40,512 nucleotides of DNA from Akkermansiaceae bacterium (lineage in GTDB: Bacteria > Verrucomicrobiota > Verrucomicrobiia > Verrucomicrobiales > Akkermansiaceae). The translations under genes and the position numbers were made by a program. The DNA is taken from the NCBI GenBank assembly GCA_051251915.1, contig JBPOGF010000027.1, positions 1 to 40,512 of the forward strand, in the 5' to 3' direction. The notes beneath the pieces are model-generated. The model was not told where the DNA came from. It saw only the letters and a program-made list of their open reading frames with translations, and did not search any database. Positions 10,109 to 19,902 of this stretch are shown one piece after another; within the stretch, counting starts at the first letter, position 1; every line of letters begins with the position of its first letter.

Positions 10109-11755
10109 TTACATATTGCGTAAAGATTTAGCAGCATCTGCTCTTGAAGCGATCCAAGCGGGAACGAAGGCTGCGAGTGTGCATAAAATAAAGGCTCCTA
10201 TACAGACAACCGCATTTTGCATCGGATTCAAAATATGAGGCAGTACCTCCACTCCATAATAATCTTCAGGGAAAGGATTAAATCCAGCTTTTGTCAACAC
10301 TCCCTGAATCACACCAAGATTAGCCAGAACAACCCGCGCCAACCCATAACCAATAATCGCCCCCAACGCCCCCACTATCACACCTTGCAGAGTAAACACC
10401 TGAGTGACTTGCCCAGGCGTAGCCCCAAGTGCTTTCATCACTCCAATTTCCCTTTTTTTCTGATAAGTAATCGTAAACATCACAGCACCAATCGAGAACA
10501 CCGCAATAAGAACAATGAATGACAATGCTATCGTCATCATCGTTTTCTGGCTACTAATCAGAGCAAATTGCTGCTTGTGATGCTCCATCCAAGTCTGCCC
10601 TTCCCAATTTCCCGAGATAATTCCGCTAAGATCTTTTTCTAAATGTTCCGCTGCTTTGTATGGCTCGCTTAATGTAATTGCCACTCCCTGAACGGCTCCC
10701 GAGTTCCCCGCTCCTGCCAGTTCTTGCGCCAGTAACATAGGTGCAAAAATATCGGGCCCCGGAGCAAATGGATCCGTCTGGTAGATCCCCACGATGATCA
10801 CATCCTTAGGTAATGCCACATCAGTCATCGCCTGCTTATCCATTTTATCAACGTTCAGAGTTTTGATTTCTTCTAACAACTCAATCGCAGACTTCTTAGT
10901 TCCCACAGGATAAAAATTTTTCTCCTCCGGGTCATCTACATCATATTCCGTAGAGGTCAGGATTTGCTCATTCAGCCTCTCTAGCATCTCGTGCTCGCCC
11001 GTCCGGATCTCAGCACCATGCCATGCTCCAATTTGAGCTTTGAGCTCCGCTGACTGTGGATTAAACATCATCTCACGCTCTTCACCATCCGCGTTTTTGC
11101 TAAGAATGAGATGTCGGTTTAGTTCAGAAATCACATTCTCAATCTCCTCTGGAAACTGCTCCTTCAGAGGTTTATAGTCTTGCTGATCGAGAATCGGCTT
11201 TAACTGCTTAAGGTTTCTATTAGAAATGATCTCAACCTTATCTCCAATCATGATGCCAGAAGACTGCGCGTAAACGGACGAGATAGTGGCAAAATACCCC
11301 TCACCCATCGGCTCACTCCCATCTTGGAGTAACTTATTGAAATCTTTCATCGAGTCCGCGTTCGCCGTATCTAGTCCACGCATCCTAGAGACTACAATTC
11401 CATCATTAATCTCCAACAGAACATGATCCTCCACTAACGGATAAGCATTTTCCACACAAGGCTGCTTCTTGAGCTCCGCCAGGTGTGACCTCCACTGATC
11501 CTCGACAGTGAGCTCGGTCCCGTCCGGTTTTAATCCATAGTCCCAAGCTTGGACATAGGACGTAATGTGAGGCGCTCTGCCTAGAACACGTGTCTTGATA
11601 AGATCCTCAAACCCATCCATCACAGATAGCACCACGATAAGAACCATGACCCCAATGGCTACACCGGCAAGCGAGATGAGCGTAATTACAGAGACATTAG
11701 TACGGATCGGATTAAGATACCGCAAGGCGAGCATTAGACTGAAGTTTTTCACCAT
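10109..11755 (-). CDS. LolC/E (FtsX/MacB-type) ABC permease, probably lipoprotein-releasing
   Basis: LALRYL, ISLAGVAIGVMVLIVVLSVMDGF, KKREIGVMKALGAT, YYGVEVLP, PAWIASRADAAKSLR. Confidence 0.85.
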   Translation of the reverse strand: MVKNFSLMLALRYLNPIRTNVSVITLISLAGVAIGVMVLIVVLSVMDGFEDLIKTRVLGRAPHITSYVQAWDYGLKPDGTELTVEDQWRSHLAELKKQPCVENAYPLVEDHVLLEINDGIVVSRMRGLDTANADSMKDFNKLLQDGSEPMGEGYFATISSVYAQSSGIMIGDKVEIISNRNLKQLKPILDQQDYKPLKEQFPEEIENVISELNRHLILSKNADGEEREMMFNPQSAELKAQIGAWHGAEIRTGEHEMLERLNEQILTSTEYDVDDPEEKNFYPVGTKKSAIELLEEIKTLNVDKMDKQAMTDVALPKDVIIVGIYQTDPFAPGPDIFAPMLLAQELAGAGNSGAVQGVAITLSEPYKAAEHLEKDLSGIISGNWEGQTWMEHHKQQFALISSQKTMMTIALSFIVLIAVFSIGAVMFTITYQKKREIGVMKALGATPGQVTQVFTLQGVIVGALGAIIGYGLARVVLANLGVIQGVLTKAGFNPFPEDYYGVEVLPHILNPMQNAVVCIGAFILCTLAAFVPAWIASRADAAKSLRNM

Positions 11756-11999
11756 TAGGATGACGGATAGGTAAGGTTGCTAGAAAGGGTTTAGTTAAAA
11801 TTTGTGCATAAAATTCGCATGTTCCCGTCCATTGTCCATGGTAAAGTGAGGTTAAAATTTACTCAATCCCAGTATCTAGCAAACCTCAGCCAACTAAAGA
11901 TGGTCATGCACAACCATAAAACAAGTATCACCGCTGTATCTATACTTAAATCCAGTAAACACCGCCACTCCTAGTGACCAATGCTGGATTTCAAGACAC

Positions 12000-12042
12000 A
12001 AAAAAACCAGAGAGTTTGTCGTGTTGACTGCTCTCTGGTTTT
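12000..12042 (-). terminator. Intrinsic terminator downstream of the prepilin gene
   Basis: Stem AAAACCAGAGAG...CTCTCTGGTTTT with a U-tract on the minus strand. A second 8-bp hairpin GACTGACT/AGTCAGTC lies at 12054-12076. Confidence 0.7.
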
Positions 12043-12085
12043 AAATATGTATCGACTGACTATTATACAGTCAGTCTAGAATGTA

Positions 12086-12769
12086 TTATGGTCCAACTAC
12101 TGTACCGTGCTCAGGAACTGTGTCCATGATGCTCTGTGTAGAACCACCGAATTCAACTTCCACATCACCTGATTGTGCTGAGTCTGTTGTATCTACTGGG
12201 CCAGATAGCTTGATAGAATGTGCTTTACACTCGCCATCAACCTTAAGGATGATCGCTTTTCCTTTCCAAGTGTTAGCAAGGAATGAATTTCCATCTTTAC
12301 TTGAGTCAAACACGATTGGTGAAGAAGAATCACCTGGATCTAGACCTTCAACATATCCCCAGACGTTCTCTGCGTCTTCGAGAGTGCCGTCATTGTTTGG
12401 CTTATCATCAGCAAGACCCATTTTCTCACCCTGTCTGTGGTAGAAGTATTTCTCATCAGAAACGTGTCCACCGTCGAAGAGCAACTGGAAGTATCCTGCT
12501 GCATTACTACCTGTAGATGAAGTTGAGTCATCCTTAGCATCTTCATCAGGGAAGATGTTGTCATTCTGAGCCATGTAACCCAGAAGTGCTGAGTTGATCA
12601 TCTTTGCGTTTGAGATTGCCTCAGTACGTGCTGATGATTCTAAGTGTTTCATGATTGGTCCGTATGATAGACCAGCTAGTGACGCGATAATCGCGATCAC
12701 CACGAGCAGTTCCACAAGTGTGAAACCCTTACGCTTACGCTGCTGCGTTGGTTGTATATTTGTTTTCAT
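12086..12769 (-). CDS. Prepilin-type N-terminal cleavage/methylation domain protein (PVC pilin/pseudopilin)
   Basis: RKRKG/FTLVELLVVIAIIASLAGL class III signal and C-terminal WKGKAIILKVDG (H-X9-DG-like). Confidence 0.88.
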   Translation of the reverse strand: MKTNIQPTQQRKRKGFTLVELLVVIAIIASLAGLSYGPIMKHLESSARTEAISNAKMINSALLGYMAQNDNIFPDEDAKDDSTSSTGSNAAGYFQLLFDGGHVSDEKYFYHRQGEKMGLADDKPNNDGTLEDAENVWGYVEGLDPGDSSSPIVFDSSKDGNSFLANTWKGKAIILKVDGECKAHSIKLSGPVDTTDSAQSGDVEVEFGGSTQSIMDTVPEHGTVVGP

Positions 12770-12983
12770 TTTATTATTTATGGTTACTTATATGGTGCTT
12801 TGGCTAACTTAATCTAAATTAAACTAAGAAAAACCTCAGCCTTTTATGTATCGGATAAAAACTCTTTATCCACTTATAAAACTACTCGATTTCTCGCTCA
12901 GCACAAGCTAAAAAATGTAACCATAGCGAGAAACTGCAGTCATTTCAGGTCACTTTATTACTAAGCTACCGCAAGTTATAGGC

Positions 12984-15221
12984 TTACAACGCAGGCACAT
13001 CCTCAGGAATTGGCTTCAGTCCAAGCTTTTCCAAGGCCGGCTCCATTGCTTCAGCCCACACATTGTATCCTAATTTTTTCGGGTGCAGATCGTCTGGCAT
13101 AACCTCTTTACTCAAAAAGCCTTTCTCATCCAGGAAATGATCGCTAATATCCAGAAAGTGAATACGCTCCCCATCTGCCAGTTTAGCAATGTGCTGGTTG
13201 ATCTCCACATTGATTTCTCTCATAGCATGCGATGGCTCTGCTCCTCTAGGAAAGACACCAAGAAGTAAAATCTTAGCTTTCGGGCACCTAGCACGTATAG
13301 TCGAGACTATCATCTGAATTCCCTCAGCAGTCTCGGATGCGTCTTGCTTTAAATGGCCAGTATTGTTCGTGCCTATCATCACCACCACTACTTTAGCGTT
13401 CTGCTGATTACTCAGATTCCCATTATTAAGACGCCACAACACATTCTCGGTACGGTCTCCCGAGAACCCCAAATTAAGTGCATTTCTGTGCGCATAAAAT
13501 TTATCCCAAGTCTCTTTGCCTCCCGTTTCGAAAAAATGAGTAATAGAGTCTCCTACAAAGATCAGATCATGAGCATTACCTTTAGCCTCTTTATTTTTCT
13601 CGTTATGGCGCTTCTGCCACCATGCAGCATGGAGCTTATCTTGTGGAATAACTGCCGAGTGCACATGATAGTCTTCACGGAGTTGCTCGAGCTTAGAAAT
13701 CATCTGTTTCAAAGTATCAGCATAGGCTGGATCTAGATGCAATGACCGCATCTCCTGTGGATCATTCACCAGATCGAAAAGCTGATACTCCTTAGCTTTA
13801 GGAATCCACATAATCTTAAAGTCTTCAGTACGCACGCCATCATGCTCCGCCACATTGTGCGTGGACTCACCATAATACCGATAATACAAAGCATCTCGCC
13901 AGTCTGCTACTTTTGCCCCACTCTCTTTAATAATAGGAACGAGTGATACACCCTGCATATCTGATGGGATTTCAGCTCCACATAGCTCAAGAAAAGTAGG
14001 GGCAAAATCAATATTCTGGATCAATGCATTACTCACAGAACCAGCTTTAATCACACCAGGCCAACGAATTAAAAATGGCATCCTAAATGATTCCTCAAAC
14101 ATCCAGCGTTTATCATACCAACCATGCTCACCAAGATAGAAACCTTGATCTGATGAATAGATAACAATCGTATCATCCGCTAACCCGCTATCGTCTAGAT
14201 GCTTAAGAATTTCACCAATACCTTCGTCCATGCTACGTATCGAGCGAAAATAGTCTTTTATGTAGCGCTGGTATTTCCACTGAGTCACCTCTTTATCGCT
14301 GAGCTCCCCGGCTGTCATCGCTTTAATGAATTTCTGATTCTTTGGCTCGTATGCAGCATCCCATACTTTTTTCTCCCTAGGAGTCATCCTTGTGTATTCT
14401 GCATTTCCCCAAGCCGTGGAAAAATGTTTAGGAAACAGGTTTGGTCCATGAAACTTCATATCATGCGCCCATGACATATGCTCGGTGATCCCCATGGCAT
14501 GCTCAGTGAGGACGGATGAGCGACCAGAGTAGTCGTCAAATAATGTAGCCGGCTCAGGAATCTCTACATCATCAAATAGCGTAAGGTGACGCTGTGCCGC
14601 CGCCCAATTCCTGTGAGGTGCCTTATACTGAATCATTGCCATAAACGGCTTTTCATTAGCCTGAGCTTGCTTGATCCAGTTCAATCCTTTCTCCGTCACT
14701 AGATCATTACAATGGCCTTCAAAACGTTTTTTCTCGCCATCCATCTGGGTAAAATCAGGGTTGTAGTAATGCCCCTGTCCCGGAAGCACTTCCCAATAAT
14801 CAAATCCTACAGGATGCGTATTCAAATGCCATTTACCAATCATCGCCGTCTGGTATCCCACTGCCCGCAGTAACTGAGGAAAAGTCTGCTGCAGTCCATC
14901 AAAACGGGATGAGCGGTTATCCCGATATCCATTCAGATGCGAGTGCTTCCCGGTCAGAATACATGCACGCGATGGCCCACAGATAGAATTTGCACAATAG
15001 GTGCGGTGTGAAATCATCCCCTCTTTAGCTAGTCTATCTATCGCCGGTGTAGGAGCTATGTCTTTAAATGGTCCGCCATAAGCAGAAATAGCATTAATCG
15101 CGTGATCATCAGAAAAGATAAAGACGATGTTCGGTTTACTTTTCTTAGCCTCTTCCTCAGCAAAACATAACGAGGTAGAAATGCTCATAGCGAGCAATGA
15201 AATGGTCAGATATTTTAACAT
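12984..15221 (-). CDS. Secreted S1 sulfatase fused to a C-terminal SGNH/GDSL esterase
   Basis: Signal peptide; PNIVFIFSDDH, CGPSRACILTG, GKWHL, SDQGFYLGEHG; C-terminal GDSIT, GFSGD, GTNN, DDLHP. The ORF opens at TTG 15257; ATG 15221 is the likelier start. Confidence 0.9.
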   Translation of the reverse strand: MLKYLTISLLAMSISTSLCFAEEEAKKSKPNIVFIFSDDHAINAISAYGGPFKDIAPTPAIDRLAKEGMISHRTYCANSICGPSRACILTGKHSHLNGYRDNRSSRFDGLQQTFPQLLRAVGYQTAMIGKWHLNTHPVGFDYWEVLPGQGHYYNPDFTQMDGEKKRFEGHCNDLVTEKGLNWIKQAQANEKPFMAMIQYKAPHRNWAAAQRHLTLFDDVEIPEPATLFDDYSGRSSVLTEHAMGITEHMSWAHDMKFHGPNLFPKHFSTAWGNAEYTRMTPREKKVWDAAYEPKNQKFIKAMTAGELSDKEVTQWKYQRYIKDYFRSIRSMDEGIGEILKHLDDSGLADDTIVIYSSDQGFYLGEHGWYDKRWMFEESFRMPFLIRWPGVIKAGSVSNALIQNIDFAPTFLELCGAEIPSDMQGVSLVPIIKESGAKVADWRDALYYRYYGESTHNVAEHDGVRTEDFKIMWIPKAKEYQLFDLVNDPQEMRSLHLDPAYADTLKQMISKLEQLREDYHVHSAVIPQDKLHAAWWQKRHNEKNKEAKGNAHDLIFVGDSITHFFETGGKETWDKFYAHRNALNLGFSGDRTENVLWRLNNGNLSNQQNAKVVVVMIGTNNTGHLKQDASETAEGIQMIVSTIRARCPKAKILLLGVFPRGAEPSHAMREINVEINQHIAKLADGERIHFLDISDHFLDEKGFLSKEVMPDDLHPKKLGYNVWAEAMEPALEKLGLKPIPEDVPAL

Positions 15222-15266
15222 ACTTCCAAAGCTGAGGAAGTAGTTCATCCCTGTCAAATAGGAAAA

Positions 15267-16400
15267 CTAAACCTCCATTGAAATGATCGAATTATGTCCA
15301 CCCATCCCCACAGCAATTTTTAACAAAGTCGCATCTTTAAATGAGATAGCTTCTTCAGGTAAAGTGAACGGCTTAGGAGGTGCTGTTAGATTAGGTAAAT
15401 TCGGAGGTAGTCCGTGATCACGCATGTAATGAGCAAGAATAGCTGTATCCAGTGCTCCACTCGCACCAACTGAATGACCAGTGAATGGCTTCAGCGGATG
15501 AAGACTAATTTCTTTCTCTGGCTGAAGCGCAGCCACCAAGGCCGCTTGCTCAGCCTGCGCATGAAGTAATGTCCCGCTAGCATGTGGACAGACCGCCGTG
15601 ATATTCTTGTCTGTTAGATTCGACACAGCTTGCTGCAAACACCTCCTCAGCCCCCTACCATCACTAGGCATCCCAATCGGCGAATCTGCATCTGAGTTAC
15701 ACCAGTAACCAGTAATCTTAGGTGCGTCCGAAACATCTTCAGAGGTAAGAACTAACGCCGTCCCCGCTTCCCCAGGAGAAAAGCCAGATGTCTCAGGGTG
15801 GTATGGATCATTGATCCCATTGGTAGTCAGCACCCCCGTATGCTGGTAGTGTTTGATAATTTCAGGCACTAACGGCAGCTCGATCCCAAGCACAATCGCA
15901 TGTTTCACAATACCCGCATCTAGTAACATCTTAGCATACCCCAACGCATCTAGCGAAGCCGCACATCCACTAGCAATAGTCTGCCATGGCCCTGTGATTC
16001 CTAACTCAATAGACACCGCAGAAGCAATCTCGCCATGCATAGAATTAGATGCAGCCATAAGCTTAAATGGTCGCCTGCCAGGCCAATTTGTAAGATACGC
16101 ATTACCGCGAGACGAGCCCGCAATAATCGCAGCATGCTTCAGATCCGATGGCGAAAGCCCAGCATCCTCAATAGCCTCCAAAGCACAATGAAGTGCCAGA
16201 GCAGATGCTGGCGCCCACTTCCGGGAAAGCAAAAGCGACCGATCCTGAATCCACCCACCTTGCATATTTCCATAATCACCATCAGTCAGCAACTCATTCA
16301 ACGGCCTCAGCCCATCGCGTCCAGCCTCCATATTAGAAGCGTGCTCAGCTGGTGTGTTACCGAGTCCAGAGAGAATAGAAATGCCGAGAATGCTTGTCAT
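15267..16400 (-). CDS. Beta-ketoacyl-ACP synthase (FabF/FabB-like)
   Basis: SGCAASLDALG (catalytic Cys), GFSPGEAG, PHASGT, KPFTGHSVGASG, GMGGHN. Confidence 0.85.
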   Translation of the reverse strand: MTSILGISILSGLGNTPAEHASNMEAGRDGLRPLNELLTDGDYGNMQGGWIQDRSLLLSRKWAPASALALHCALEAIEDAGLSPSDLKHAAIIAGSSRGNAYLTNWPGRRPFKLMAASNSMHGEIASAVSIELGITGPWQTIASGCAASLDALGYAKMLLDAGIVKHAIVLGIELPLVPEIIKHYQHTGVLTTNGINDPYHPETSGFSPGEAGTALVLTSEDVSDAPKITGYWCNSDADSPIGMPSDGRGLRRCLQQAVSNLTDKNITAVCPHASGTLLHAQAEQAALVAALQPEKEISLHPLKPFTGHSVGASGALDTAILAHYMRDHGLPPNLPNLTAPPKPFTLPEEAISFKDATLLKIAVGMGGHNSIISMEV

Positions 16401-16468
16401 GATGAATCGTGAAAAAGTAGAGGGAAATAACGGTGTGCCGTGAGCCTAAACCAATTCCATACTATCGG

Positions 16469-16957
16469 CTAATCTAAAGTTGCCGATGTCTCAGATTTAT
16501 CAACCTTCTTAATAATCCAAGGCATCACACACTCAGCAAGCATCACGATGACAAAGCAGACTACCGATGCAACACACCAAAATGTGAAGTTTTCTCCATG
16601 CTTAGTGAGGGTAATCATTTCTTCCATCGGTTTCTTAGAAAGCCCCATCTCGCTTAATGACTTGAGATCAGCCATAGTGCTCTGGTAGAGAAAAAGTAGC
16701 CCCCCGAGACCAAAACCTAACAAGATCCCGAAAAACTTCCTCGTCATCGGCAATATACTACAAACGATAGCCGTAATCATTGCCCACTTAAAAAGCTTCA
16801 TGAAATCTGGGTAGCTGAAGGTAAGTTTTACTGGATCTCCCAGCTCAATATCTGCTAGCGAATAATTATAATTACTTAGAATACCTACTATAGGAATCAC
16901 TAGCAGAGCGGCATACACTATCTCCAATAAGACTATTTTCTTCTCAAATTTCTTCAT
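16469..16957 (-). CDS. Hypothetical ~4-TM membrane protein, translationally coupled to the FHA-ABC gene
   Basis: ATG at 16957 overlaps the upstream TGA (ATGA). The 162-aa product has about four hydrophobic helices. Confidence 0.75.
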   Translation of the reverse strand: MKKFEKKIVLLEIVYAALLVIPIVGILSNYNYSLADIELGDPVKLTFSYPDFMKLFKWAMITAIVCSILPMTRKFFGILLGFGLGGLLFLYQSTMADLKSLSEMGLSKKPMEEMITLTKHGENFTFWCVASVVCFVIVMLAECVMPWIIKKVDKSETSATLD

Positions 16958-19836
16958 GATTTTTTCTTCCAAAGGCTCACAAAGATAATCAAGTAAGAAA
17001 GCACAATCCACACGAGCAGATTATTGATCGCGGAGTATGCTGGCCCTAGAAATTTATACTGTGTTCCCTTGCTGTATTTAACATCGCGACGGTGATCGAC
17101 AGTGTCTGTCAGAATCTGGATGTCGGTTCCGTAAGCTATATTATACGCCTGCTTATGCTCACCAATCATTTCATTATGGATGGCTAAATTCTGCCAACTA
17201 GTATTCACATCAGAAACCTGCTGATAGTCCTGAGTTGTCTCATTCCCGGCTTCATCCCATGTCACTGTTTCCTTCGAACCGTCAGAGGTAAGGAATAATG
17301 GAGACTTAGTTCTATTACTGACACTAGGCAACATCCGCCCATAAACATGGGAGACATCCACCATCCGTTGAGCAGAAAAACTCGGAATTATTGACGCTAC
17401 AGACCTCACAGATTTCGTCATTTCAGGCAGTGTGATCACGAACCCACCAAGCAGAATCTGAGGAATGAGTAACAACGGAACCCACATCACCGCTTGAGTA
17501 GTCGAGCGAACAATAGAAGAAACAGTGAGCCCCATGCAGACCCCAACAAAGGTCGCTAGTAAAAATGCTCCTAAACGTAAACTTAAAGACTGACCGATCA
17601 CTCCCCCTATCGATGATCCTTTAATCGTTTTCTGAACTTGATCATCACCCATGATCGGAGACCCATCTTCGAGAGATAATCCGACCGTTCCGGAATCTAA
17701 GATGTTTTCTTTAAGATAAAATGTCTTAGCAAACCAAGCGATCGATCCTGAGTTCGCGACGCTAGGCTCCTCCTCTTCCGCTATGGTTTCTTCTTCAGAA
17801 TAGTCATCTGACATCGAATCCATATCATCACTATCCATCGGGTCATCCACCGGCACGAAGGTATCTGGAGGAACTTCCCTACTGTTATCAACGATGTAAG
17901 GATTCTCCCGCTCAATCAGGTTTTCTTGGAAGATCTCTTCATCAAATTCAGGTGGATGGAAATAATTTCCTGCAATAACAATAACCAGAAACAGCACTAA
18001 ACACTGCGCAGAGGAAATAAAGCCCTGAAAAATAACCTTACTCATTACATAGCAATTAATCCCGAGTCCACAAACCCGTTCGCGCTGATAGATAGGCATC
18101 TCACCTACGATCTGCTGAGCACCATTCGAACATCCAAACCACATCGCAGCAATCAAACCAATAAATGTCCTGAACCCCAAATCATCCGATGACCACGCCG
18201 TAAGCAAACCGATAATAATCACCTGAGCAAAAAGGAACGCGATGTTCAGCCAGTCCGCCCGCATAATGGTCCACTGTCGCTTGAGTAAAGTGAGCAACTT
18301 CAAAGGAGTAGAAGGACTCTTTTTCTTAGTCGGCGAACTTTGATTATCCGGAAGTAGCTTGATCTTGTGTGCATTCCGCTCGTTGTACTTCGCAAGCCAG
18401 TCTTCAGCGGTTTTAGTGCCATTAAGAACCGTAGAATAAATTCGCTCCAACGGCGAGGTCATCACGGTCTTAGTAGCAGACACTGAATGGTCTCTCTCAT
18501 TGAAAAATTCACGCGCTTCATTCGTACTACCAGTAAAGATGAGCCGTCCAGAATGAATGAAGAAAAGACGGTTAAAAATAAATGCATTCTGCAAAACGTG
18601 AGTGGTGCATACAACAGTCAGTTTATTCAGTGAAAGCGACTGCAACAACTCCATCAGCGACTGCTCCGTCGCTGGATCTAGTCCAGATGAAGGCTCATCG
18701 AGAAACAGAATCGATGGCTTCGAAAGCAACTCAATACCAATACTCACCCGCTTTCGCTGACCACCAGAAAGAGTGCTAATAATTTTCTTCCTGTGTTCTG
18801 TCAGCCCTAAGGTTTCCAAGGTACGGTCAATGAGAGTTTTCAACTCTTTGCTCTCTAACTTAAGCCTCAATTTACCACTATACCAGAACGCCGCATACAC
18901 CGAGAGTTCTTGGTGAACAATGTCATCCTGTGGAACGTAACCAATCGTCCCTGGATATTTCTGGGCTAGCACTAGATTGGAAACACCACCAATTGTGACC
19001 GTCCCCTCAGAAGCTGGTCTCATACCACAGAGCGCATCAAGAAAAGTTGACTTACCTTGTCCAGATCCACCAAGAATACCGATGAACTCACCCTGCTGAA
19101 TCTGAGTGCTGACATCGTTTAAAATTCTCTTTGGCTTACCTGTTAGACGGTCTTTAACCGTGACTGAAATGTTCTCAACATTGATCGAACCCTCATCTAA
19201 ATGGTCTATCCGCACTAGTGATTTACCAGTGAATTCAAACAAATAATCAGCAACCGCGAAACGATCACCAAAGACGAGGCTGTCTTTATTGATGATAAGT
19301 TTACCATTCAGTTCAGTACCTATCTTACCAAGATCTTCAATAAACCATTGGCCATTCTCCTTAGATAGCTTGGCATGGTTACTTGAGATCAGAAAGTTGT
19401 CTTGATCTAGGCAGAGTTTACTCAGCCCTTGATCTTTCTCTGGATTACTCCTGCCAATAATCAGTTCACTGACCCCAGCTAAATCCAACTTGTTAGCATC
19501 AACTCCGTTCCACAACGGTGCATTTGAAATACGCTCAAAGTGGATTTGCACCTCGTTGTTGACATTTATCATGTCGTTGTTCGAGAGCCTAGTTGGCTGA
19601 GGGCTGAGAGCTTCTCCGTTCTTAGAGGCTATAGCCTGCGAGCTTAACTTGGTAGCCATCCAAGTGCAGAGCCTCCTGTTCCAGCATAATTCTAAAATAG
19701 CGGATTCTGCAGCAGCTTCGCTCTGACTGAGCGCATACTTGCCATCGCGTTTAAGTAGGTAGCTAGAACCTTTGTTGAGCTCTATTGGCTTTGAGTTACC
19801 GCCTGAAGAGCGCTGGAGTTTAATTGTACCTACCAT
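16954..19836 (-). CDS. FHA-domain ABC transporter (FHA-FHA-NBD-ABC2 TMD; Rv1747/ABCG-like)
   Basis: FHA (IIGRS...ISSNHA...IEDLG..GTELNG), Walker A GGSGQGKS, YVPQDD, LSGGQ, FLDEP, TTH, and TMD motif EMPIYQRER. Confidence 0.9.
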   Translation of the reverse strand: MVGTIKLQRSSGGNSKPIELNKGSSYLLKRDGKYALSQSEAAAESAILELCWNRRLCTWMATKLSSQAIASKNGEALSPQPTRLSNNDMINVNNEVQIHFERISNAPLWNGVDANKLDLAGVSELIIGRSNPEKDQGLSKLCLDQDNFLISSNHAKLSKENGQWFIEDLGKIGTELNGKLIINKDSLVFGDRFAVADYLFEFTGKSLVRIDHLDEGSINVENISVTVKDRLTGKPKRILNDVSTQIQQGEFIGILGGSGQGKSTFLDALCGMRPASEGTVTIGGVSNLVLAQKYPGTIGYVPQDDIVHQELSVYAAFWYSGKLRLKLESKELKTLIDRTLETLGLTEHRKKIISTLSGGQRKRVSIGIELLSKPSILFLDEPSSGLDPATEQSLMELLQSLSLNKLTVVCTTHVLQNAFIFNRLFFIHSGRLIFTGSTNEAREFFNERDHSVSATKTVMTSPLERIYSTVLNGTKTAEDWLAKYNERNAHKIKLLPDNQSSPTKKKSPSTPLKLLTLLKRQWTIMRADWLNIAFLFAQVIIIGLLTAWSSDDLGFRTFIGLIAAMWFGCSNGAQQIVGEMPIYQRERVCGLGINCYVMSKVIFQGFISSAQCLVLFLVIVIAGNYFHPPEFDEEIFQENLIERENPYIVDNSREVPPDTFVPVDDPMDSDDMDSMSDDYSEEETIAEEEEPSVANSGSIAWFAKTFYLKENILDSGTVGLSLEDGSPIMGDDQVQKTIKGSSIGGVIGQSLSLRLGAFLLATFVGVCMGLTVSSIVRSTTQAVMWVPLLLIPQILLGGFVITLPEMTKSVRSVASIIPSFSAQRMVDVSHVYGRMLPSVSNRTKSPLFLTSDGSKETVTWDEAGNETTQDYQQVSDVNTSWQNLAIHNEMIGEHKQAYNIAYGTDIQILTDTVDHRRDVKYSKGTQYKFLGPAYSAINNLLVWIVLSYLIIFVSLWKKKS

Positions 19837-19902
19837 GGAAATGTTGTATTCTTGAAACTACTAGAGAGTATTAATTTGGAGGGTCGAAGGATGGAAAAGT
19901 GA

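Noticed and set aside
16958..17011. N-terminal extension of the 180-aa ORF
   Set aside because: It lies inside the ABC gene; the ATGA-coupled start at 16957 is more plausible.
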